Below are positions 11,711-22,283 of a stretch of DNA of 64,000 bases, in pieces; position 1 is the stretch's first letter, and each line of letters opens with the position of its first letter. Origin of the DNA: Chlorokybus atmophyticus (lineage: Eukaryota; Plantae; Mesostigma and Chlorokybus algae); contig RHPI01000638.1 of the NCBI GenBank assembly GCA_009103225.1, positions 868,001 to 932,000 on the forward strand, read 5' to 3'. The notes beneath the pieces are model-generated. The model did no database searches, was not told where the DNA came from, and saw nothing but the letters and a program-made list of their open reading frames with translations. Position numbers and translations under genes: made by a program.

Positions 11711-13400
11711 ATGGACAACCCTGGCAAAGAGGGCGAGGCGCAAGACCAGGGTGAAGACTACTCAAACCTCACCGTTGTCGTACAAATTACTACTATGATC
11801 ATCTGCCGAGTGATGGAGTCTAGTGTTGCACATGAGAAGCTGCTTGCTGGTCGCATGCGCATTGTAAGACGATGTCATTGCACGCATCAGCTAGCAGGCA
11901 CGTTGTCAATGAATGCTTGCTAGCTTCGAGGTGGCCGTATTGCATGCATGTGCATTTAGTGCATGGCATTATGATGCTTGCAGGCAATGCTTGACGGCAA
12001 CACCACTTTGCCTGGCGAGGAAGAGCTTCCACGTGAAGAACTCATGGAAGAACTCACGGAAGAACTCACACGTGCAGCTTTGTTCACGTGGTTATCAGCT
12101 AACCAATGCCCACGACGAGCATCTGACATCTTGTGCGCGCCATGGCCATCGCATTGTGACACATGATGCTGTGCGCGACGCTTTTGCTGGCATCATGCGG
12201 GAGGCGAGCTGCACCGTCCATTGCGAGCAGACAGGGGCATTGCCTGTTTGAGAGGGTGAGTGTCAGGGACGTTATAAGGACATCGTTGCCTCGGAGCGGG
12301 GTCGGGACTTGCGCATGCTGCTCGACATCACCATCACCGGCAGCCACTCCATAGCGGGATTAGCTGTGTGCGGAGCACGAGAAGTGCTCCAAGTACTTAA
12401 ACCATTTCCCGACGCTGATCATGTTGGCTATCGAGTCACAGGGTTGGATGGGTCGCCCATTGATGGACTTGTTGGCTACTTGTGCGCGCCGAGCAATGGA
12501 TGCTCGTGAGTCGGAAACGCGGTATCTATCACGCTTTGTGACTGCCTTCAGCCAGCGCATATCTGTTACATTCTAGCGCGCGCAGGCTGCAGCCATTATG
12601 GCTCTAGCTGCAGCTTCAGTGCACGCGGCCCCCACCTTGCGTGTGCACGGTGAACAGCATGTAGCACTTAAGGACATTGCTTTTGTACAGCCTACTGTAG
12701 CAGTGTGTTTGAGTAGGGTAGCATCGGACATTGCACACCACAACTGCCAGTTGGCACCCGTGTAATGTATTTAATCATTAAAGGGATGCTTGCAGCATTA
12801 AAACAGGGAGCTGACTTTGCAGGACAACGACTCGTCCTTGATAGAGAGGCTATTAAACCACTCAAGTCCTATCAAGCATAAGCACACAAAGTTCCGCAGC
12901 ATGGTGAGGCATGCGCATTGATACACAGACGGATGAGTCATCTTCATAAATTATACAGTAACACTTGCTTCCGGTCGTGTTTGCTGTTGAATGTCGATGA
13001 GTGTGCCACAATGGAATGCGGCCTGGGTTCATTTTCCACAGCTTGCTTTGGCATGCTTGTTGACGGATTGCGTCATGCATGATGATGCCGTTGCCATGCT
13101 AGAACTGGCCAGGAGTACAATGTGCAAGTGTTGCGCAATTGCTGCAACATGTACCTTATAGAGGTTGTACCAAAGCAACCGGCAAAGATGGCCGCATTGG
13201 CGGACAAGTACATTTTGCAGCAGCTGCGAAAAGCGTGTGTGTGGAACGCCTGTCTCGTAAGGGACTTAGTCTTGGCTTCCTTCTTAGAGAAGCTGCTTCA
13301 GTGTCGCATAGCCACAGTCATTGAAATGTTTGCTGCTTTAACACAAGCAACACATATACTAACCGCTGATACTACCGCCAGTATTAGTCTAAGCTGTTCG
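11711..13400 (+). pseudogene. BTB copy C; interrupted by a retroelement relic, exon 2 missing
   Basis: Exon 1 is MDNPGKEGEAQDQGEDYSNLTVVVQ with the GT donor lost. Exon 3 (DDAVAMLELAR/YNVQVLRNCCNMYL) starts at 13081 with a lost acceptor and a 1-nt frameshift. Confidence 0.8.
11990..12780 (+). mobile_element. 5'-truncated non-LTR retrotransposon relic: CCHC knuckle plus restriction-like endonuclease (CRE/NeSL/R2-type)
   Basis: HLTSC..HG.RIVTHDAVRDAFAGIMREASCTVHCE...RYKDIV...LLDITIT / AEHEKCSKY...LAIESQGWMG...FSQRISVTF*RAQAAAI follows the RLE motif order, with stops and frameshifts. An AT-rich 3' end tgtaatgtatttaatcattaaa follows. Confidence 0.75.
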
Positions 13401-13929
13401 TACTGGCAGCTACTGAAGCCTGTTAGTGGCGGACACGGCATTCAGGCACTCAACTCAACAGTTTACGGGAAGCGCAATGCCTGTGGACGGGGCTACGTAC
13501 GAGTGGCAGGCCTGCTGGGCGCCCATCCTGCCGAGCCCTCCATCATAAGTTATGGAGGTGCATACAGCGCTGGCGTTGAAGTAGGCGGTCGGGCAAGTGC
13601 TTGCGGTGAAAACGATGACACGGGCTATGTGTGCTGCTGTATATGACGGGATGTGATAATGCATGATGATGCACGCGTGCGTGTGGCGGCGCGGTGGCGT
13701 GATGATGATGTGGTGTGTGGTACCACTGGTTCTGTGATGTGTACACTTTGGCGTATTGGAATGTGATGGTGCCTACTTTGCCATTGTACAGCGCCACTCA
13801 GATAGACCCAACTGGCACCGTGCAGTGACTGCACATGTTAATGTAGTGACACAGACTGTGGGGCATGTGCAGCTGTTGCATGTACATGTAAGCTTCTTCC
13901 TCTCACAAGGTGTTCCACTGGGCGGCACT

Positions 13930-14325
13930 TGACACGTCGACCTTGCCAACTACGCCACCGTATACAAGGTGGTACAAGTACGCGCAAAAGGCACTCCGTC
14001 TTTGCGAGACCCTTGTAGTAACGTCGAAGTGGACCATGTGCACATCTGCTTCCCCTGTCATGTCCCATACGTCGAAGGCCTCGAGAAACCTCGCCCTCGG
14101 GTTCGGACTATGCAGTGCACCGGCTGCGCTTCGGACCGTCACCCTTTGATGAAATGCGACACCTGTTGAGAATATTGGCATGAGGCCTGCAGTCTCGGTG
14201 TCACACCTGTTGCCACCGATCCCAATGTGGCATCTTCCTCTGCCAACCAGCCATGGCAATGTCACAGGTGCCAAGCTCATCACGGGGACGCCGATGACCA
14301 GGCAGGGGGTGAGCTTGTGGAGTGA
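13930..14325 (+). mobile_element. PHD-finger-encoding relic, probably the post-integrase tail of a Ty3/Gypsy element
   Basis: One frame reads HVDLANYATVYKVVQVRAKG...DHVHICFPCHVP...QCTGC...LMKCDTC*EYWHEAC...PWQCHRC, a complete C4-H-C3 PHD pattern with one TGA. The preceding segment resembles green-algal Gypsy tails (from recall). Confidence 0.55.
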
Positions 14326-15112
14326 CTGCTGGCTCATTACAAGATTAGGGGACTACACAGTTTGTTTTTTCCCTTCCCCATGTCTCCTGCACCTACCACC
14401 TTGTTACTACAAGTACCGCAGCTTCCAAGCTCTTTACTTCCCACTTCGCAAGCTGCCCTGCAGCACCCACTCTTCACACTTGTGCATACCAATGTACGCA
14501 CTTCCTCTCCGAGACATACCCCGCAATCGAGCCTTGCTTGCACAACATTGAGCTTCATCTTTCAGCGTTGACCCAAATGCAAATTACGTGCTCTGATGTC
14601 AGGGTCCCACCCTACCAATTGACAAACAATACAGAGTATGCAATATGCATGGACATGTTCGACGCTCAGTTAATAGACACCAATATGAGACTTATATTGA
14701 AGAAGCAACACCTAGGACTATTTTACTCAAATGTTTCTGCAACTCCGTGCCCTACTTTAACGAGGGTAGACTGTAATAGGCTGGCAAGGTGGTTGGGCAA
14801 ATAAATCAAGTTGTGGGGAGCTATCGTCGATGGGTAACATTACGTAATTAGGCCCTATCCAACGCAGTTTGATGTCGTGCTTATCGATTGGAAAACGATA
14901 AACATGACTCTGACGGACCGTCAGTATCGGCTTTACAGACCGTGGATTGATTGCACATGTCCATCCGACGGTTGCTGTGGCTTGTTTGCCCATGGAATAC
15001 TCACTTGGCGTGAGGCGAGTTGGGTGTAGGCTACACCGTGTAGCTACACCTGCTCACTCGTTCGTTACCCTCTACTTGTTGCGGACCGCAACAAGGGGCG
15101 CATTGTCTGGCG

Positions 15113-16013
15113 ATGGTTGGAGACAAACCCAAGGGTGAAAGCATGGGCAGTGGCAGCCTTTCAGACTTCAAGCTCATAGTGAAAGGTACCATGCAGCTGT
15201 ATGGCACAACTTAGGCGCCATTCAATCCGATTCAACATGCACGTGCGCTGTGTTTAACGCATGCTACGCTCATTGCATGCTTTAAGGATCAGGTTGTATT
15301 AGCTCTTGTGATGGCTGAATTGGCTGCATTGCCGTTGGGCAGGCAGAGAGTTTCACACCAGCCGGTGGCTCTTGGCGCGGCACAGCAGCGTCTTCAACGA
15401 TGTACTTACAGCAACGCCAGTGTCAGAGCTCACCATGGATGAAGAAGAAACGCCAGAAGTTGTCGATCTGTTTCTGAACCACCTGTGCCCCATGGAACCC
15501 AAGCACATCACCTTCTTTAATGTGGTAAGACTGGTTACCATTGGCGCCTTACCACTGTTGCTATGCATATGCAAAGACAATGCATCAATGTACACACACG
15601 CGCACACCCAACCACTCCATGAATGAGCGGGTATGCACTCAATGACATACATACATGTTATCTACCTTGCATCTTTTGTGAATACACACATGCGCACATA
15701 CACACGCGCGCACACACGCTCGCAGGATGAGGCACAAGGGATTTTGGAGGTGGCAAGAAAATACAATGTCCAAGTGTTGCTCAACCGCTGCGAGGAGTAC
15801 CTCTTGACACTGGTGGGCGACCAACCGTCCAAGATGCTTGCGCTGGGGGACATCTACACTCTGCAGCGGCTGCGCTCGAAAGCATTGCAGCACTTGACAC
15901 GCAGTCAGGCCATCAGGCCCGATTTCAACCAGCGTGAGCTGGGCAAGTGTCGCGTGGAAACACTTGTGGAAATCTTGATGACGCTGTCAATGACTAAGCT
16001 TCCATACGCGTAG
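15113..16013 (+). CDS. BTB-only protein, copy D (open frame, 3 exons, 180 aa)
   Basis: Exons 15113-15185, 15343-15524 and 15726-16013 total 543 nt. MVGDKPKGESMGSGSLSDFKLIVKG|REFHTSRWLLARHSSVFNDVL...|DEAQGILEVARKYNVQVLLNRCEEYL. Confidence 0.8.
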
Positions 16014-18118
16014 CCACCGTCATAGTGCATTGCAAGGGTCCAGCCACCGACAGGCCAGGCCAGAAGCCCTGGCGTCCGCTGTACCTGAAGGTCAACGAGG
16101 TCAACAACTAGCGCCTGTTTAGTCAGTCAATGTTCTAGTATAAAGAGTTAGCACGACTAACTTGAGTTGCCAAGCAGCAGTTACCATGTAATGTCTACGA
16201 GCAATTCACCATTTTCAACCATGAGGCGCATGCACAGCACAGTGCTGAGTGACTAACTGCAGCTGTGATACATGGTCAGCCTCCCGGTACACATTGCATC
16301 CAGCCCGACAAACTGTACGAAGCGCCGCTCCGTGTGCAACACCGTCTGCCCACAGTTTATAGCACTACACTCCCAGAACAATCAGTCAATGCATCAAGTT
16401 GCTCACCTACAACTGCCCGAGTGTCAGCAACCGGCAGTCCCCAGCCGACAAAGAGAAACGGACCTCCCGCACTGCTCCCAGCGCCGCCACCGTGCAGCAC
16501 CACCAGTGCTTACCGCTATAGCCGTGCTAGCAAGTAAGGGTGGCATGCTTGTGGTTGGGATTGCAAACCTTATGAACATTGTGTGTGTAAGAATGCAAAC
16601 CGTCCCGCAAGAAATGCTATGCTGGGTGAGTTCAGGTGCATAACAAGCTAGTATGCAGGGTAGGTTCGCGATGTTGAAGGTATTGAACCAGTCCAAGGCT
16701 GATGACCGCCACTTAGCAGTTGCTCATTGAGCATTGTTCATACAAGAGCAACATCCTGCACACCAAGCATGGACAAGACTTACTCGACTACTCACCGGCA
16801 GCACCATGCTGGTGTTAGTAGTGTCCAATGCTCAGCTGATCACATGCCGCAGCCCACTGTCGGCATATGGTGTATCAGCGCCAGGTCAATTGATGATCAG
16901 GTCGCTAGCATCACGTCACAGTGCAAAGCAGCGGAGCATCGGGGTTCTGTGTGAAGACTGTAACGCAGCTGAGACCTAACTTACAACACAGCGGACCGAC
17001 ACTGGTACCCCTGACAGAGCTTGGATAACCACGTCATGCTGCTTGCTTGCTGAACCCATGCAGGTGGTCTTGATGCAGACCAACACTCCCACTGCGACCT
17101 GCAAGCCACCTGCAGCAGACCGGATGTAGCCTGTCACACAGCAGTGCCATCAACTGGTGAACGCTGGAGCAGCTTTGCACTGATGATCCGCTGCAGCTGT
17201 GTCCATTTGCCTCTGAATGGCAAATGAAGGGAGGCAGGCACATACACACGCGCATACAGAGTGCTAGTACAGCTGTACCATAGCTTGTGCCAAGGTGAGA
17301 CTCTTAGCAACATGAACGTACGGCACCACTTGTTGGAGGACTGTACATAACCTTGTCACAGTTCACATGAGCCCCAACTTCTACGAGAATTGTCCTGCAC
17401 TCACCTCGGCAGAGACCTCCAACTCCAACTGCCCCACGTGCATCGTGATCACGCGCGCCACCCAAACTGCTGCATGATGGACAAACATTCAAGTAAGTTC
17501 AGGTGACCTCAAGTTGCACCATTCTGGGCTGCCATGACTTGAAGCACCGGAACAATATTTGCTGACTTGGCCCGGAAATGCGGCACATCGCTCTGGTCAC
17601 CATGCAGTCAGATGCTGGGACTTGATCAGGCGTGCAGGCGTCAGCAGAGGATTACCTGTCAGGGGACTACCCATCAACAAGCACAAGAGTGCCTATCAAG
17701 GGTATGCCCTGTCATCAGGGTGCACACCATGCGTGGTGGGCCTGGAAGATGTCAGTGATGCAAGCGCAGGATGCGTTTTGATCGGTTGGACATCCCAAAG
17801 CGAGCCAGCGCAACTCGCAGATAATAAATACATACAACTCGCAGAAAGCTCCCGCGGACTTGTCAGTGAAGTTGTCAGTGAAAAAACGTGTGGCACTTGG
17901 TGGCTTGACCTGTACGCAGGACGTATCAGGCCGTTCACCTGTGTGTGAAAAGTTGCCCTGTTGGACATTCCATCATCCAACAGCGCCACGGCGTTTGTAC
18001 CAAACGCGATCTCTTCATCTCTCTCCGATTCGATCTGGCCGAGAAGCTCACGTACAACTCTTGGCTCCGTGCACACCAAGACCTCGCTTGCGCCGCATTC
18101 CCTCCCGTGACGCACAGG

Positions 18119-19184
18119 ATGGACAACCGTGGTGAAGAGGGCGGAGCGCAAGAGGACCAGGACTACTCCGACTTCACCCTGGTCGTGCAAGGCACGTGCT
18201 CTTATCTTAAGCCTGATACAATGGGTTGGCACGTGACACAAGTATAATGCACCTATATCACAGCGCAACCAGCAGCACCCTTTAAAATGCTTCTATCAAA
18301 ACCAGGCATGCATTGACACAACAGCAGCTCCCTTCTGTGAGTACTGCCCCAACCCATGCGGTATCCCATGCGTGTGTGGTTGATTTATGCATGCATGCAT
18401 GGCAATGCCGCCATGCATGCAGAAACCAACCACACATGTTTGTCTTCTTCTAATAGTATATGGCAACGCGTTCTGGGCAGGGCAAAAGTTACGCACCTGC
18501 CGATGGGTGTTGGCGCAGCACAGCAGCGTGTTCAGAAGCTTGCTTGCATCCACGCATGTGAGCGAGCTGAGCATGGACTATGAAGACCCACAGCTCATGG
18601 ACGGCTTCCTGCACCACCTGTGCGCCACCAAGGCACATCACACAACCTTTGCCAACAGGGTAACCCACACTTTATGCAAGCAGCTTGTCACAGGAGAAGC
18701 AAACACCTCCCAACGTGGATCATCTCTGACTGGGTCATTGTCCGAGTCTGGAAGTCCGTCTCAGATAACACTTATTGCAGGATGAAGCATACACCTTGCT
18801 GGAGTTGGCCAGAAAGTATGACATCGCTGTGCTGCGGGATCGCATTGAGACCTACCTCATGACTTGTCAAATACGACACCGCACGACTCGCAGCAATGGC
18901 TGACTTCTATGACTTGGAGCGTCTGCGCTCAGCAGTGATTGCACACCTGTCACGCGCGGAAGTCGCCAGAACCGAGTTGGTGAGGGAACACCTGACCCAA
19001 TGTCAGCCAGATACGCTGGTCGAAATACTCCTCCAGTGTTTGGACAACAAGACTGCTGCTTTGTTCAAAACTGCAAGCTTGCCAGCCAAGGGCAGTCCGC
19101 CTAATGTACTCGGAAGTGTATATATCAGCCGCAGGCAAGTATGAGTACATTGATCCTGCCATTGCAGCGCTGTTTCGGTGGTGA
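18119..19184 (+). pseudogene. BTB copy E; two frameshifts in exon 3 and a GC donor at intron 1
   Basis: MDNRGEEGGAQEDQDYSDFTLVVQG|gcacgt; exon 2 spans 18481-18659; exon 3 starts at 18781. There is a 2-nt deletion near 18870 relative to copy F and a second shift near 19130. Confidence 0.8.
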
Positions 19185-20708
19185 GATGCCGTACAGCACG
19201 AGGGGAGCTGCTGTGCACATGCAACTTCTTCATGGCGCTGGCGCATTGGTAGGTACCACATCAACTCACGTACAAACTTTGCAGACAAGTGTGCATCACT
19301 TCCACGCCACAGCTTGCCTGGGTATCAATGTTGTAGCAGTGCAGTACCGCGCTCAGCAAACCGTGCAGATCTAAGGGTTTAACTGATATAATTGCTGGCT
19401 CGAGCGTTAAGCTGATGCACATCGTAGGGCAACACGTACCTCTCATCACTGGTTGCTGGTGGTTCTGCACACTTGGAGACAACACATTGTCTTCTCTGCG
19501 GTTCACCGGAATCGCCTGGCTACGCACAGAGCTGTACCTACAGCAATGCATGTTGTGCGCCAGACTACTGCTGACCAATGATGCAGCAGACGATGCGGCT
19601 AATGTTCTACAGTTTAGCAGGTGCGCAGCCATCTACACTGATGCAAGCCTGTGTGCAGCTGCGCGGCGTGTTAGCAGCCAAGTATGTACGCTCAGCAGGC
19701 AGAAATGTGCCTGCCAAGCGCGCAAGTGCAGTTGAGAGAATTGCATCGTAACTAATGCAGGCACATAGAGCAGATCAACTAGCCCATACATGCAACTTCA
19801 TGATTGCCTTGACCATCGGCGCCAGTCAAAGCTTCAATGGCGTGTGTTGGTTGGTAACTCGCCTCACATGATTGCTTTCTCACTTTTTGAATCCCAACTA
19901 ACTCAGCACCTTGGCGTAGGCAAATGATGAACTGGCTAGGACCAGCAAATGTGAGGTAAGCGCTAGGTACACAACAACATGCCCACAGGTCAATTCATGG
20001 CGCTATACGCTTTTTTTAAGGTTCACTTGCAGGCATTGGTCAAAAAGGTGCACCCGCATCAATGATGCGGGTGCAAGGCGGTTACTTGAACGTGGTGTCA
20101 TTGCTGCCAATGAGCATGGTGTCCCGACCTGAAACCCACGACCTGACGACCAGACAATGCCCAAGTGACAAACAACTCACCAGTGGGCATTGCTGCTCTG
20201 TCTTCAATGATAGACATCTCGGCTTGTTGCATGTCAAGAATACCCCGCAGCATTGTGCAGGAGCAGCTGAGAATTGCGGTCCACCACTGAGTTCGCAGAA
20301 CAACATAAGCCTGATCTCTACCTGGCTGGTCCCGTACAACGCCCCGGTAGAGCCCTCACTCGATGGCGCCTTCAAGCGTAATTGCGATCACCTGCGTCGC
20401 CCAATCTGCTATGCGATAGCACAAACACAGTGACCTCAAGTGACAACAGTCTGGGATGCCATGAGTTGGGAACTTCAACAGCACCGGTAGTCTGCTTCCT
20501 TACTTACTGAGTTCAACTGCGAAGTGTGGCGCTCTGCTCACCATGAACTGAAATGCTGGAACTTGACAAGGCGGCAAGGCCGTGTAGGCGTCAGCAGGCG
20601 ACAACCCATTGCCTGACAGGTGGTCTTGGAAAGCTGTCAAGCGGGAAGAATGCGCTTCAGACAGGTCGGACACCCCACAGCGAGCCCGCATGCACGCCCC
20701 AAACTGCA

Positions 20709-21595
20709 ATGGAGCCGGGCAAGGCTGGCGAGGTTGACGTTCGGCAGGACTACTCGGACTTCACGCTTGTGGTCCAAGGTAACCAGCCAGGACAAGATAG
20801 GCACACGAGCACACATGCACGCATGCATGTGTGCTTGGCGCAATGGCAAGCACACATGCATGCAACCATGCATGTTGTTTCCAGAACATAAAAACTAACT
20901 CAACGTTCTGGGCAGGGCAAAAGCTACGCACCTGCCGATGGCTGTTGGCGCAGCAGAGCGGTGTCTTCAAAAGCTTGCTCGCATCAATGCGTGCGAGCGA
21001 GCTCAGCTTGGATGATGAAGACTCGCAGCTGATAGAAAACTTCCTTCACCACCTGTGCCCCACCACTTGACTTTTGCCAACAGGGTAACCCAGACTATAT
21101 GTCACAAGTCCACACAGATGTCTAAACGTGTGATATCTCTCACTTCATTAGCAACTGAGTGTGAAAGACCAGCTCAAAGAACACTCAATGCAGGATGAAG
21201 CATACGCCTTGCTGGAGTTGGCAAGAAAGTACGACGTCTCCATGCTGCGGGCATGCATTGAGACCTACCTCTTGACTAATGTCAAACTCAACACCGCACG
21301 GCTTGCAGCAACAGCTGACTCTCACGACTTAAAGCGTCTGCGGACAGCAACCATCGCACACCTGTCGCGCGCAGAGGTCGCCAGAAGCGAGTTGATGAAG
21401 GAACATTTGGTCAAGTGTCAGCCAGAGACTGTGACCGAGATTCTCATCAAGTGTTTGGACAACAAGGTGTCTGCTTTGCAACGAACTGCAAGCTTGCCAG
21501 CGGAGGGCAGCCTGCCTGATATACGAAAACACTGGTCGAGATTGCCAGGTGAGGGCAGATACATTAACCCTGCTGTGGCAATGCTGTTGCAGTAG
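20709..21595 (+). pseudogene. BTB copy F; 10-nt deletion at the end of exon 2
   Basis: MEPGKAGEVDVRQDYSDFTLVVQG. Exon 2 (20916-21084) is 169 nt versus 179 nt in copies A and E, giving TGA at 21068-21070. Exon 3 (21194-21595) is still open. Confidence 0.8.
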
Positions 21596-22206
21596 TGGGT
21601 TGCAATACCGCACGGAGGGGAGGCACTACGCACATGCAACAACTCCGCTTTGTTGCACTGGCGCATTGATACAATCCGCATCAACTCGTATACAAGTCAT
21701 GTGCAGACAAGTGTGCATCACTTGCACGCCACAGCTTGCTTGGGTGTCAGTGTATAGGGTATGTGAAGTGCTGTGTGAGACACACGCATACATATGCCAC
21801 ATGCACACCAACACTCACATGCACACTACCAACTCAGTTTATCAAGTTGTGTCTGGCTGCGGTGCCACGCTGAGCATATTGTCCAGATCTAATATCCACG
21901 AACTGGTTTATGATTGCTGTCTTGCTGAGTGAGCAAGGAATGCTGCTTCAAGAAAAAGAATAAATACACATTGCAGAGCAACACGTACTGCTTCATTAGC
22001 TGCTTGCAGTCCTGCACAACCTGGAGACAACGCATTTCTTGCTCTGCAGTTCACAGGGACCGTTAGGCTATGCAAAGTCATACCTACCGCGATGCATGTC
22101 GCGCCAGGCGACTGCGGACCACATGCATGTCTCCAACTACTGCCAGCTTATCCTGTACACCGTGCTTCGTCATTGCCGCTGATGTCCAAGAGGTGAGCAC
22201 ACACAG

Positions 22207-22283
22207 TGGAGGGAGAGAGAGGCGGAGGAGGGAGAGGAGCAGGAGGGGGAGGAAGAGAGAGAGGGGAGACAGAGGGGAAGGAG
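22207..22283. repeat. Near-homopurine GA-rich tract
   Basis: About 77 nt composed almost entirely of G and A; not seen at the matching position of the copy-E unit. Confidence 0.85.

Noticed and set aside
11405-11923. 172-aa ORF giving BTB-C a long N-terminal domain (similar ORFs precede A and E)
   Set aside because: Paralogues share the ATG at MD(N/K/I) and conserve the upstream region as nucleotides, not as a reading frame; it is leader/promoter.
6527-14325. UGA (or UAR) reassignment suggested by in-frame stops plus the eRF1 NIKN variant
   Set aside because: In-frame stops occur only in sequences that also carry frameshifts. Conserved genes use TGG for Trp and end at the expected positions with TAG, TAA or TGA (SLT, GNAT and the poly-Q gene end in TGA).
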